Positions 1 to 13,664 are shown, numbered from the stretch's first letter. The stretch: 64,000 nucleotides of DNA from Mobula birostris (GCF_030028105.1 NC_092381.1:34761550-34825549); one strand, 5' to 3'. Notes: generated by a model not told the origin, from the letters alone. A program made the numbers and translations.

Positions 1-90
1 GCAAATAAATTTATGATTGGTTGATTACTCTGTGTTCAAAGACAAAACAAGAACTCTGATTGATCTTTCAAAACCATGAAAAATGCCCAC

Positions 91-142
91 CTCACCATAA
101 AATATTCGGTCAATGATCAGTGAAATCCCAAGTGATAAGCAT
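91..142 (-). CDS. PIGB: PIGB exon 7; remaining exons lie outside the window
   Basis: CLSLGISLIIDRIFYGE resembles PIGB SLMIDRIFFGQ; TTTGCAG / GTGGGC boundaries; in frame with exon 6. Confidence 0.88.
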
Positions 143-1503
143 CTGCAAAATGAACACATTTACAATGGGAAAAAAAATCACATTCTGGGGTAGGGGAAGG
201 GAAACATTCATTACACTATTCTTAAAACTAATAGACACATCAACCCAAAGCAAGGCATACATTTCTACCTTACAAATTCACAACCCAGATGTGATGCCAT
301 TAACAGAACATGTTATGTTAGCTCATTCTAACCAGTTGCTGAGATACGTGCAGAATAATATTTCCGGATGATTGGTGACAGGTGTCCACCAATAAAATGC
401 ATATAATGTGTAATAACATGTTTTTGTTTTATTGGACCCATTCCTTTCTCAAGATGTTTAAAAGTGAGAAAATTCCACAGAGCAATCTGAAGTACTATTA
501 CTATTTCTGTTACCACTGGTGAAATGCAATTTTCTACCCCAGGTAACCAGCCTTCCAGACTCATGACCAGGAGGATGAAAGACCTTAGACCTGTGTTGAG
601 AATTTTCTGTTCTGTGTGTGTAAAACAACAGACATGTCCAGGTCAAGCTCTATTTCTAATGATTTCTGAGATTATAAGAGCTCTTAGGATGAGCCTAATG
701 CACAGCTGGGCACAACTCTAGCCAAGTGTAATTTGGATAAACCACATAGGTGGTGAGGGATGAAGCCAAAAAAAATGTCAGTGGAGTGAATAATTTCCAT
801 GAAACCAACAATTAAATCCTCATACAAGTCATGATTATATGGAATCAAGTCCCCAAGTATTCAAGCTGAGGGTAATATTCTCCCACACAAGTGTGAAAAA
901 GACACAATCTGAAATAGTGAAGAGTTGCTTGGGAAGTTATTGTCAAGCGTCCTTCCTTCTTCCTCCATTATCACTGACACTTTTTATCCAGCAACACCAC
1001 AGGAGCACCAGAAAGAATTCAGCAGTCCAGCAGGTGGCTCACCACCTTCAAGGATAATTGGTACTGGGCAACAAATTATAGCCTGTGCCACCCATTTCCA
1101 ATAAATAAGAAAAAAAAAACTTTCTATCAACACATTGAAAAGTTATTCTGTTTTTCCAAGTTATACCAAGTTAGTGTGGAAATGAGACAGGCAAACAATT
1201 GGTGTGTCACAATGGGTTTTACTGGGGACAAGTCACAACTTCCAGATAATCCTTAAATTGGTGCCAAGCTTCTGTTGATTTAAGATTTTACTGTAATAGT
1301 TTATCAATGACATAGTTTTAATTTTTGCATTTTTCTGTTCCAGAATAAAAACATTTATCTTTTTATGAATGAACATATACAGTCTCAGCAGTCAAATAAT
1401 TTAGTTGTTCTATAATATTTAAAAGCAAAAATTAAAGCATTGGCTTTTTAAATGGATGTGCCTGAAATTGTCCAGGCAGATATGAAGCACATTCTTTACT
1501 TAC

Positions 1504-1644
1504 CCAACTGGTAGACATTTGTGTAAGAGAAGATCCAGTTTCTTCATTTCTTGCCAGAAATGAGTAAATACCAGTGGCAGCCAAAGAATAATAGCAGTGG
1601 GACGCACAGTAAATGCAAATGCAGTCAAAGCGAGATATTTTGAA
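1504..1644 (-). CDS. PIGB: PIGB exon 6
   Basis: [47 protein letters not shown]; CAG / GTAAGT boundaries. Confidence 0.93.
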
Positions 1645-1693
1645 CTGTGAATAGAACATACAAAATCAGCCACAGGAGATTCAGCCACAGCAA

Positions 1694-1983
1694 CTCAATT
1701 GGGTTTAGGTCCGGACTCTGATTTGGCCATTCCAAAACACGAATTTTCTTCCTTTTAAACTATTCTTATGCTGATTTACTTTCGTGTTTCAGATCATTGT
1801 CTTATTGCATCATCCAACTTCTATTAAGCTTCAGGTGACGGACCACTACCCTGACATTCTCCTGTAAAATGTCTTAATACAATTTTGAATTCATTGTTTC
1901 CTCAACGATTGCCAGCTGTCCAGAACCTGAGACAGCAAAGCAGCCCCAAACCATTATGCTCCTTCCACTATGCTTCACAGTTG
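1694..1983 (-). mobile_element. Tc1-like transposase fragment
   Basis: Minus strand reads TVKHSGRSIMVWGCF ... [14 protein letters not shown], i.e. the Tc1 catalytic region, decayed. Confidence 0.8.
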
Positions 1984-2169
1984 CCCCCATAACTATAAAA
2001 AGTACTATATTAACCTTATCCCATCTTTTCCATCAGATGTTACTTCCATATTAAAGTGATAATTTCTACAGGTCCTGTCCTGTCCTCATTCCATGGTTTC
2101 CACTTCCAGATAATCTTGTCATTTTATTTCCCTAATTTCCCACTGCCTTCCTATTTACATTAGTCGCTA

Positions 2170-2552
2170 CAGATGGGCAGAAATGAGGAGGTACAGGAGC
2201 CTGAAGACACACACTCAATGTTTTTAGATTAGATTAGATTCAACTTTATTGTCATTGTGCCGAGTACAGATACAAAGCCAATGAAACGCATTTAGCACCT
2301 GACCAGAAATGCAAAGAATAGTGTTGTTTACAAAATAACTGCGAATAACAGCTTCTACCCCTCTGCCATCAGATTTCTGAATGGACAATACCTCAGTACT
2401 TTTCCCTCTCTTTTTGCACTACTTACTTCATTTTCTTTTTTTATATATACTTATCGTTATTTACAGTTTTTATTAGGTATTGCAATGTAATGCGGCCACA
2501 AAATAACAAATTTCATGACATATGCCAGTGATATTAAACTTGATTCTGATTA
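2170..2552. mobile_element. Nested LINE 3' ends: minus-strand tail (about 2224-2347) inside an older plus-strand Rex1/L2-type tail
   Basis: 2224-2347 is the reverse complement of about 52983-53100; the flanks join into one continuous LINE 3' remnant. Confidence 0.7.
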
Positions 2553-4453
2553 CAGACTATATTAATGTTTCTCCTTTTTACTTCTTCCATTTTCCAATCG
2601 TTATGCATGTAGAGATTTTTATAGAAAAGACTAAAAACTGTCAGGAAATCCCCACCAGCATTATCAAGTAACAAGTCAATAATAAACCTCTTTTCAAGAA
2701 AATACAAATAATGTTAATCTCTTATCCCAAAGACATAACAGTCAGAAGTTCTGTTCACATGAATACAACAACAATAATATGTGGCTTTGCTACATATTGT
2801 GCAGTTTCAAAAGAAATGCATGGATCAAAATACAACAAAAATTGTCAATAAAGTTATTCTTTTCAGGACAGAATTATCAGAGTAAAATCCATTTAGAGGT
2901 GGGGTAGTTCATTAAGTTACTTGCCTAATATTCTCTGATTTGTGTACATAAATTTAAAGGATACCATTGGCAGCTGAGGAACTGAAATTCATGTAGTCAA
3001 TAAATCTAGATTTAAAGAGCTGGTGTAAGTAATGGTAACCATGAAACTGCAGAGAGTGCAAAAAATCAACTGGCTCACTTCACATTTCAAGAAAGAAAAT
3101 TAAATCCTTATCTAGATGTAAAAACAAATCTAAGTCTTTAATTTCACCTGCTCTAGGAGTCTCAACCCAAAATGTCAGAGTCATACCATCCCTGTACCAT
3201 TTACCCACATCCTTTCTGCATCACCTTCCTCATTCCCACACCCCCACCCCCCCACCCCCCATATTCTGCCATCCACCACCAATCATCTATGGTTCACCCT
3301 GCGGCTCATTACTACTGTGCATTGCTTGATCATTTGCCCCTTCATTATCTAACCTGCTCCTGACTCACCCTATGTGGTCCACTAGGACATCTCCCTGTCA
3401 GGTCCAGTTAGGCTCCATTCAACCCACTAGGTTCAGGCTCAGTTTGCCAGATCGACTGCAGATCATCCTGCTGCCTCTGCCATTCTCTTTACCCCTGTGC
3501 CTCGCATGGTCCTCTCTGCCTTCTCAGCTTGTTCATGGCCCCCTACCCAGTGCGTTGCACATCTTCACACTGCCCAGTCCACCTTCAACATCCTCTTTTC
3601 CCTGGTTCATCTAGCAGCCAATTACTGTTTTGTATTTCTTGGTTAGTCACCCCTTCGCTCCATCCATTCCTGTTCCTGGTTCATCCTACACAGTCTGCTT
3701 GGACATGAGCACCAGCTTTTCAGATTCATGTAAACAGTCCACTTCCCTCCACATTTATTGCTTAATGCACTGAGCCTGTCCAGTAGTTGCCTTTTGCTCT
3801 GGATTCCACTATCTGTAGTCCCTTATGTCTATAAATCCTTCCCTACTCTGTGTTAAATGCAACTTCCAGAACCAGTGGCTTCTGGGTTCAAGGAGTTAAT
3901 GAGTAAGTGGCAGCTGCATTGGGAACATCACATAAATGAATGCATTAAAATATCTCAATGCCATCACCTCTGATTCAAAAATGATAAATTAAGTATTTTT
4001 CTACATAGAACAACCTACTTTGCTAGTGATACTCTTTTATACAAAGCCAAATTCAACACCAGATCTGCAGCTTTTAGTTACTGCACAGAAAGTAACTACA
4101 TGTTTCTGCTTGGGGAGAAAAAGATGGAAACAGGGTGGAATGGGACTGCCTAAATTGTCCAGGCTACATTCCTTTCTTTCCAAAACCTTTATAAATTTCT
4201 TACATTCCTGTGCACAAAACATGCTTTTTTGAGGACTGAAACTCCATGTGGTGTTTTCAATGGCTTTGAGCAATAACATCCTTCTATTTAAAAAGAAAGT
4301 TAGGAAGTGAACTTGGCTAAGAGTAAAGCTACAAGCAGGATACTCTCTGGGAAGTTCAAAGTACAAATCTTTCATTTTGTCACATCAACATAATGTGCTA
4401 AGTTACACAATGGCATTTTTAAAAGGTTTAGAATAATCAAACATTTTCCTGAC

Positions 4454-4584
4454 CTGCTTCCAGTCTTTGTTCCCTGAAGAGGGTAGTAATAAAGTATAAA
4501 GCTGGTTAGAACAGCTTCCATGCTGTTGGTAATAGTTCGGGTACTACAATACCATGTGAACCAGGAGCACAACTGAGAGAAGTA
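4454..4584 (-). CDS. PIGB: PIGB exon 5
   Basis: [38 protein letters not shown]; TTTCAG / GTCAGG boundaries. Confidence 0.93.
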
Positions 4585-4774
4585 CTGAAAGAAATAAAAC
4601 AAAACAAATATCTCAAATTTAATTTGTATGAATATTCATCGATATTACTTTCAACAGCCTAAAAATCCCATGAACCTCTCTATTTCCTCAGGGGGTTAAA
4701 GAAATTTGAAATGTCTCCATTGACCCTTAACAATTTTCATCGATGTACCCTAAAAGCATCCTATCTGGATGTCA

Positions 4775-4985
4775 AACAACAGGAATTCTGCAGATGCTGG
4801 AAATTCAAGCACACACATCAAAGTTGCTGGTGAACGCAGCAGGCCAAGCAGCATCTGTAGGAAGAGGTGCAGTCAACGCTTCAGGCCAAGTCCTGACGAA
4901 GGGTCTCGGCCTGAAACGTTGACTGCACCTCTTCCTACAGATGCTGCTTGGCCTGCTGCATTCACCAGCAACTTTGATGTGTGTG
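4775..4985. mobile_element. Penelope-like pLTR-only inverted insertion with 14-bp TSD, inside an old Rex1-type remnant (about 4720-5480)
   Basis: About 80-bp inverted arms (4808-4887 / 4908-4987); CTATCTGGATGTCA at 4761-4774 and 4986-4999; same sequence as the ends of the element at 43449-46874. Confidence 0.85.
4889..4924 (+). ncRNA. Minimal type I hammerhead ribozyme motif (Penelope-associated)
   Basis: AGTC-CTGACGA-A-GGGT(CTCG)GCCT-GAAA-CGTT-GACT: complete core, stems I and II, palindromic ACGT in place of stem III, NUH triplet GUU. Confidence 0.75.
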
Positions 4986-6139
4986 CTATCTGGATGTCAG
5001 CAACTTGATATGGGAACTGCTCTGCACATGCCCACAAGAAACTGAAGACAGTTGTAGACACAGCTCAGCACATTACAGCAAACCAGCCTACCCTCTATGG
5101 ACTCTGTCGAGACTTATCACTGCATTGGTTAAGCAGCCAGCAAAATCAAAGACCCCCCCCTCCCCGCCCCATCCTTGACTTTCTCTAATCTCCCCTCTTC
5201 CAACGGACAGAAGATACAGAAGCCTGAAAGCACGTACCATCAGGTTCAAGGACAGCTTCTATCCCACTGTTATAAAGCTATTAAATAGTTCCCTGACACA
5301 ATACATTGGACTCTTAACTTCATAATTCTACTCTATTTTGGTCTTGCATCTTACTGTTTACCTGCACTGCACTTTGCTGTAGCAGTTACGCTTTATCTAA
5401 TCTGTAAGAACATTATGCAAGGCAAGTTTTTTCCGCTGTATCTCAGTACATGTGACAATAATAATAAACTAATTCCAAACCAAAACCAATACAGGCACAC
5501 ACAAATAATTTGGTTTCATTTGAGGTTAAGTCCCCTCGTGTCAGCTTTAGAACTTAAGAATGCACACATTATAAACTGCCAGCCATTCATCTGGGACTTA
5601 CACCTGACTGTTGTTAAACAGGGTGAATTATTTAATGACAGCTGAAACTAGGAAATTTGATATCATATCTGTTCCTTCCTCCCTCCCACCTTTGATTTCA
5701 TAGTCCATTGTAAAATGTTGATTCATTAGTAGTTACCTTAATGCAGAATTTTTCATTATTTTTACATTGCAATCAACTTCTAGAATAAATATTGTTCATT
5801 TGTAAATGCAACTTTGTTCTTATTTATAGGCTAATCATAAGGCGGACTAACAGCTGGCATAGATTATGAGATAGCGCAGAAAAAGTTGATAGGAACAGCA
5901 CTAACAAGTGCATCTAAAAATGCGCTCTTCTTACATAATTCATTTAACATGAATTCAAACTTCTTTGTCCAACTTTTGGCTTGATAATGGCACCATACAA
6001 TCAGTTAGAATTAAAATTAGCTTCTCTTTTCTTATATGTGGTTCAATAGGTTGGTCACTTTGCCCAGAGGAATGAGTCCCCTCACATTATGGATCTATTG
6101 ATGTGTTATAATGTACAGATACTGTTCCATCAGGCGATA

Positions 6140-6340
6140 CTGGTGCATTTTTCCAGCCACCCTGGTTCAATTCTGAACTTACATACTGTCCATGTGCAGT
6201 TTGCATGTACTCCCACTGACCATGTGAGTTTCCCCCAAGTGCTGCAGGTTAATTGATAACTCGAAATTAGTTTAGATGGATGACAGGTGGATGTGGGGCA
6301 GGGTATACTTGAAAAGGTCACAGAGAAATAAATGGCACCA
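6140..6340 (+). mobile_element. Decayed V-SINE-like tRNA-derived SINE
   Basis: B-box-like GGTTCAATTC followed by TGTGCAGTTTGCATGTACTCCC...GTGAGTTTCCCCCAAGTGCT, resembling the V-domain. Confidence 0.55.
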
Positions 6341-6569
6341 CTGAGAGCCAGAATGCGAAAGGTCCCTTTATATGTCACAGGCAAATACTGTGCCTTTAAA
6401 TGCTTGTTCCATGAAATGTCTGCCTAGTGCGTCACTTTTAAATTTCATTTTCAAGCTGGAATGGTCATACATCAGCAAGTTTCATACACGTGGAAGATGC
6501 AGCAAGTCAAGGGTTAAAATAGTGTACTGACAAGATACAGTGTACAGACATTGTACTGTCACCCTAGCT

Positions 6570-7780
6570 CAGCGGTCCCCAACCACCGGGCCGCAAAGCA
6601 TGTGCTACCGGGCTGCAAGGAAACGATATGATTTGGCGATATGAGTCAGCTGCATCTTTCCTCATTCCCTGTCACGCCCACTGTTGAGCTTGAACGCACG
6701 CGAGGTCATGACCTGCGCGTCCTCCATGTCAGCGCGGGAAGGAGATCAACACCTCGAGCTTGCAAATGACGGCGGGCTGAAATACATGTTTGACATAACA
6801 TCTCTGCCGGCATTCTGGATCAAAGTCAAGGCTAAATATTCTGAGATAGCCACGAAAGCACTGAAAACGTTGCTTCCATTTCCAACATATCTCTGCAATG
6901 AATGCAACGAAAACTAAATTGCAGAATAGACTGGACATAAGGAAGCCCCTTCGAGTATCGCTGTCTCCCATCACCCTTCGATAGCACCGTCTTGTTGCAG
7001 GGAAACAAGCCCAGGGCTCCCACTGATTCAGTGATATTGGTGTGTTGCAATGATTTTATATGTTCATACAGGGAAAATATGTGCTGTGTGTTTAATATCC
7101 AAATGTTACTTAAAATGTTATGATGCTATTGACTTATAAGTGACATATATAACATATAACAATTACAGCATGGAAACAGGCCATCTCTGCCCTTCTAGTC
7201 CGTGCCGAACACTACTCTCACCTAGTCCCACCTACCTGCACTCAGCCCATAACCCTTCATTCCTTTCCTGTCCATATACCTATCCAATTCTTCTATAAGC
7301 GATAATATCGAACCTGACTCTCCCACTTCTACTGGAAGTTCGTTCAACACTTACTTCAAGCTCCTCTGTCCTCCCCGATAATTGACATCACTATACTCAT
7401 GTGAGGAAAATATGCGCTGTGTTTAATATTAAATTTGTTAGATAAACCCTTTCAGAAATGAAATTGGGTGTATTAGCCACTTATCACCTATATTCCGGTT
7501 GTGATTAATACCTCCCCCCCCCCCCAGAACAGAATCGTCAAAAATGATTTGTAGAAAAAAAAAATCGGCACGTACACGCATGCACAAGTCACGCATGCGC
7601 ACCCAGGTGCCCGCAAAAAGCTTCATGGTCATGGTAGTCTTTTCCGGATAAACACGACATATTTGACTGCTACTCTTGTCTGCTGGCAACCCCTACCTCC
7701 CCAACCCCAGGTCGGCCGGTCCGCAAGAATATTGTCAATCATAAACCGGTCCGTGATGCAAAAAAGGTTGGGGACCCCTG
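6570..7780 (+). mobile_element. Non-autonomous hAT (Charlie/Buster-like) DNA transposon
   Basis: TIRs CAGCGGTCCCCAACC / GGTTGGGGACCCCTG; imperfect 8-bp TSD CCCTAGCT / TGCTAGCT; internal transposase C-terminal remnant FWIKVKAKYSEIATKALKTLLPFPTYLC. Confidence 0.85.
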
Positions 7781-8220
7781 TGCTAGCTGACAAGACTGCC
7801 ATGCAAAACTCAAATACTGAGAACCTAGCTGCTCTTCACACAATTCTTTGTTCAAATACTGGGAACCAAGGCCACTAGACATACCCAAACAAGATAAGGA
7901 TGCTAACAAAAGCTTATTAACTATTGGTCAATTATTTTACTATTTCTTAAGTATTATTGGCTCCTAACACGTACATTTAATTGTTTGTTAACACCCGATG
8001 TGTATCATACATAATAATTATGATTGGTAGTTATATTTGCAAATGATGGAATTAATTGTTTCATAAAGGTTAACTATAAAAATAGACAATTCTGCACTAA
8101 CTTCAGAGCAGTTCAGTTCAGGATTGAGGAATGAATGTGATTTTTCAGAGCTCAATTAATGGGCAACAATATACACCCAAAGGAAAATAAATGCGAAAAG
8201 ACAAAAGATAAGCAGCTTAC

Positions 8221-8325
8221 CACCCACTTTGCAATCTCTGCATTGGCCTGTTTCTTCACAATGGAATATAGTTTTACATCTGCCAGTGCTGCCAAAAAGG
8301 ACTGGACCAGTCGAGGAATCCAAAT
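8221..8325 (-). CDS. PIGB: PIGB exon 4
   Basis: IWIPRLVQSFLAALADVKLYSIVKKQANAEIAKWV; CAG / GTAAGC boundaries; 105 nt, phase 0-0. Confidence 0.93.
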
Positions 8326-9716
8326 CTGTAAAACAGAACAAAAACAACTGCAGCAGGTTAACAGACAGTAAAACAGTTTACACTGGAGGGCAAACTTCTG
8401 TCTGAATCATTGCTCAGAAAGTGTGAGCACACCATGTTCTTCCCCCTCCTGCTCTGTTACACCATTACTACTAACAACTGCATAGGAGGATGCATTGCTG
8501 GTAAGTGTATAGAGATGCAACGGGAATAGTTTGCGTAAAACTCTGAATTGACTGTCTCCAGTATCTTGCAGAATGTGGTCCATTTCATGGCTTGAGGAAT
8601 ACATTCATTATGTTACGTTCTAATTCTTAATGTATCAAGCCACAGTGTCAGACTCAAGACTTAAAAATAGTCTGAAATCAAAGAGTACCCTGACTATGGC
8701 ACATGCTTAAACTATGAAGTAAAGCAAGAAGAGAGAAGTCAACAGCAGAATATAAAATCTTCAGTATGGCTAGAAGGTAGTGCAAGGTAGAAATAAGTGG
8801 GGCTGTAGATAGCAGTTGCCTCCCATCCTCACGCTCCACTCTCACCTTTTTGCTCCATTTTCTGGTTTTTAAAATCTTTTCTCTTCTCCCTCTTTGCCTG
8901 CCTCCATCACTCACCTGTTATACCCTTCGGACTTCACCCCGCCACCTGCTTGTTATCTTATGCTCCTCTGTCCGCCAATTGCCTCAGAATTCTTACACGC
9001 CAGTCCCCTGTGCCGGCCATGCTGGCTCTGCATTCCCAGCCCTGACGCAACACAAAACATCAACAATTTCTTTCCTCCCACAGATGCTGCTCAAGCACTG
9101 ACTTCCTCCAGCAGATTGTTCGTTCCTCCAATTTCCAACATCTACAATCTCGTGTCTCCATTTGGAATTTACTATCCAAGAGGGCAGTGGAGACTCCTAT
9201 CGAGATTGACAGAATTTTTAGATGTAAAAAGAATCATGAGCTAAGGGGGTTGGTGCAGAAAAACTGGCACTAAGGTAGAGGATCACCAATAACATTACTG
9301 AACGGCAAAGCGGGCACAAGGGGCAAGTCCCCAAACTTGCTTCCAATACCTGCTTCTACTTTTTTTTAAACATTTCCACAAAATCCTGCCAGGATTAGCG
9401 ATCCAATATTAGCACCTCTCCCAAACTGAGGCCCTAATTATATTCCATCAGCCGACTAGATTTAAAGAGGATGTCACCTTGCTTGCATGCCCACCACTAG
9501 TCCCAAAACAGATTCTCCTTCTTAGAAGAGGGATTAAAGAAAACAAAGCTTAATCACTTTAATATACAGGAGCTTAACAAACAATTGTCAATCATTGCAT
9601 TTTATATGACAGCTTTCCAGGATTCATTCAAACATACAATTGCAGGAAAAAGTTTGTCAGTTCTTTGCAGTTGCCTGGTTTTCTGCATTCATTACTCATA
9701 GAATGTGGTCTGATCT

Positions 9717-12700
9717 TAGAACATAGAATAGTACAGCACAGTACAGGCCTCTCGGCCCACAATGTTGTGCCGAGCCTCAAACCCTGCCTCCCATATAAGC
9801 CTCCACCTTAGATTCCTCTGTATACCTGTCTAGTAGTCTCTTAAACTTCACTAGCCTATCTGCCTCCACCACTGACTCAGGCAGTGCATTCCACACACCA
9901 ACCACTCTCTGAGTAAAAACCCTTCCTCTAATGTCCCCCTTGAACTTCCCACCCCTTACCTTAAAGCCATGTCCTCTTGTATTGAGCAGTGGTGCCCTGG
10001 GGAAGAGGCGCTGGCTATCGACTCTATCTATTCCTCTTATTATCTTGTACACCTCTATCATGTCTCCTCTCATCCTCCTTCTCTCCAAACAGTAAAGCCC
10101 TAGCTCCTTTAATCTCTGATCATAATGCATACTTTCTAAACCAGGCAGCATCCTGGTAAATCTCCACTGTACCCTTTCCAATTTCCAATGCTTCCACATC
10201 CTTCCTATAGTGAGGTGACCAGAACTGGACACAGTACTCCAAGTATGGCCTAACCAGAGTTTTATAGAGCTGCATCATTACATCGCGACTCTTAAACTCT
10301 ATCCCTTGACTTATGAAAGCTAACACCCCATAAGCTTTCTTAACTACCCTATCCATCTGTGAGGCAACTTTCAGGGATCTGTGGACATGTACCTAGAGAT
10401 CCCTCTGCTCCTCCACACTACCAAGTATCCTGCCATTTACTTTGTACTCTGCCTTGGAGTTTGTCCTTCCAAAGTGTACCACCTCACACTTCTCCGGGTT
10501 GAACTCCATCTGCCACTTCTCAACCCACTTCTGCATCCTATCAATGTCTCTCTGCAATCTTTGACAATCCTCTACACTATCTACAACACCACCAACCTTT
10601 GTGTCGTCTACAAACTTCCCAACCCATCCTTCTACCCCCACATCCAGGTCGTTAATAAAAATCATGAAAAGTAGAGGTCACAGAACACATCCTTGTGGGA
10701 CACCACTAGTCATAATCCTCCAATCTGAATGTACTCCCTCCACCACCACCCTCTGCCTTCTGCAGGCAAGCCAATTCTGAATCCACCTGGCCAAACTTCC
10801 CTGGATCCCATGCCTTCCAACTTTCTGAATAAGCCTACCGTGTGGAACCTTGTCAAATGCCTTACTAAAATCCATGTAGATCACATCCACTGCACTACCC
10901 TCATCTATATGCCTGGTCACCTCCTCAAAGAACTCTATCAGGCTTGTTAGACACGATCTGCTCTTCACAAAGCCATGCTGACTGTCCCTGATCAGACCAT
11001 GATTCTCTAAATGCCTATAGATCCTATCTCTAAGAATCTTTTCCAACAGCTTTCCCACCACAGACGTAAGACTCACTGGTCTATAATTACCCGGGCTATC
11101 TCTACTACCTTTTTTGAACAAAGGAACAACATTCGCCTCCCTCCAATCCTCCAGTACCATTCCCGTGGACGAGTACATAAAGATCCTAGCCAGAGGCTCA
11201 GCAATCTCTTCCCTCGCCTCGTGGAGCATCCTGGGGAATATTCCGTCAGGGCCCGGGGACTTATCTGTCCTAATGTATTTTAACAACTCCAACACCTCCT
11301 CTCCCTTAATATCAACATGCTCCAGAACATCAACCTCACTCATATTGTCCTCACCATCATCAAGTTCCCTCTCATTGGTGAATACCGTAGAGAAGTATTC
11401 ATTGAGGACCTCGCTCACTTCCACAGCCTCCAGGCACATCTTCCCACCTTTATCTCTAATCGGTCCTACCTTCACTCCTGTCATCCTTTTTTTCTTCACA
11501 TAATTGAAGAATGCCTTGGGGTTTTCCTTTACCCGACTCACCAAGGCCTTCTCATGCCCCCTTCTTGCTCTTCTCAGCCCCTTCTTAAGCTCCTTTCTTG
11601 CTTCCCTATATTCCTCAATAGACCCATCTGATCCTTGCTTCCTAAACCTCATGTATGCTGCCTTCTTCCACCTGACTAGATTTTCCACCTCACTTGTGGA
11701 ATTTCCACCTCACCCTACCATTCTTTATCTTCCTCACCGGGACAAATTTATCCCTAACATCCCGCAAGAGATCTCTAAACATGGTTCCTTCACCCTACCA
11801 TTCTTTATCTTCCTCACCGGGACAAATTTATCCCTAACATCCCGCAAGAGATCTCTAAACATCGACCACATGTCCATAGTACATTTCCCTGCAAAAACAT
11901 CATCCCAATTCACACCCGCAAGTTCTAGCCTTATAGCCTCATAATTTGCCTTTCCCCAATTAAAAATTTTCCTGTCTTCTTTGATTCTATCCTTTTCCAT
12001 GATAATTATAAAGGCCAGGGAGCAGTGGTCACTGTCCCCCAGATGCTCACCCACTGAGAGATCTGTGACCTGACCCGGTTCATTACCTAGAACTAAATCT
12101 AGTATGGCATTCCCCCTGGTCGGCCTGTCCACATACTGTGACATGAATCCATCCTGGACACACTTGACAAATTCTGCCCCATATAAACCCTTGGAACTAA
12201 TCAGGTGCCAATCAATATTAGGGAAGTTAAAGTCACCCATGATAACAACCCTGTTATTTTTGCACCTTTCCAAAATCTGCCTCCCAATCTGCTCCTCTGT
12301 ATCTCTGCTGCTACCAGGGGGCCTATAGAATACCCCCAGTACGGTAACTGCTCCCTTCCTGTTCCTGACTTCCACCCATATTGACTCAAAAGAGGATCCT
12401 GCTACATTACCCACCCTTTCTGTAGCTGTAATAGTATCCCTGACCAGTAACGCCACCCCTCCTCCCCTTTTTCCGCCCTCTCTATCCCTTTTAAAGCACT
12501 GAAATCTAGGAATATTGAGAATCCATTCCTGCCCTGGTGCCAGCCAAGTCTCTGTAATGGCCACTACATCATAATTCCATGTATGTATCCAAGCTCTCAG
12601 TTCATCACCTTTGTTCCTGATGCTTCTTGCATTGAGGTACACACATTTTAGCCCTTCTACCTCACTGTCTTTACACCGTTTATTCTGCTTCTCTTTCCTC

Positions 12701-13578
12701 AAAGCCTCTCTGTATGTTAGATCTGGCTTTACTCCATGCACTTCTTTCACTGCTCTATCACTCTGGGTCCCATCCCCCTTGCAAATTAGTTTAAACCCTC
12801 CCAAACTATGCTAGCAAACCTACCTGCAAGGATATTTCTCACCCTCGAGTTCAGGTGCAACCCATCCAATCTGTACAGGTCCCACCTTCCCCAGAAGAGA
12901 TTCCAGTGATCTAAAAATCTAAAACCCTGCTCCCTGCACCAACTCCTCAGCCACGCATTCAACTGCCATCTCCTCCAATTCTTACCATCTCTGTCACGTA
13001 GCACTGGCAGCAATCCTGAGAACGTCACCCTTGAGGTCCTGTACTTCAGCCTTCTGCCTAATTCCCAAAACTCACACTTCAGGACCTCATCCCTCTTCCT
13101 GCCTATGTCGTTGGTCCCAACATGTATCACGACTTCTGGTTGCTTTCCCTCTCATACCAGGATGTCGTGCACACGGTCAGAGACATCCCGGACCCTGGCA
13201 CCTGGGAGGCAACAAACCATGTGGGTGTCCTTCTCACATCCACAAAATCTCCTGTCTGCTCCCCTGACTATAGAGTCTCCAATGACGACAGCTCTCCTCT
13301 TCTGCGTCCCACCCTTCTGTACCACAGGGTCAGACTCAGTGCCGGAGGCCCTGCCACCGTGGTTCTCACCTGGTCGATCGTCCCCGCCAACAGTATCCAG
13401 GACGGTAAACTTATTATTCAGGGGAATGGCTACAGGGGTGCTCTGCACTACCTGTCTGCTCACCTTTGCTTTCCCCCCTCTGACTGTCACCCAACGACCT
13501 ACTTCCAACAGCCTAGATGTGACTACCTCCCTGTAGCTCTCATCTATGACTACCTCATTCTCCCTTATGAGTCGAAGA
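9717..13578 (-). mobile_element. CR1 LINE, 5'-truncated within ORF1; ORF1 esterase plus ORF2 (APE endonuclease + RT), frameshifted
   Basis: ORF1 VVIGDSIVRG / IHVGTNDIG; ORF2 YLNARSI, GDFNFP, NYRPVSLTS, DFSKAFDKVPH, GVPQG, KFVDD; microsatellite-like 3' tail at 9717. Confidence 0.95.
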
Positions 13579-13664
13579 TCTAAGTCACAATAACAGACAA
13601 ACACAATCTGCCAAAACTAAGTACAAACAATTGTACTTTTCATATCTTTAGTAAATACAAAGGA

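Noticed and set aside
9712-13581. GATCT as TSD of the long CR1
   Set aside because: Only 5 bp with uncertain boundaries; could be chance
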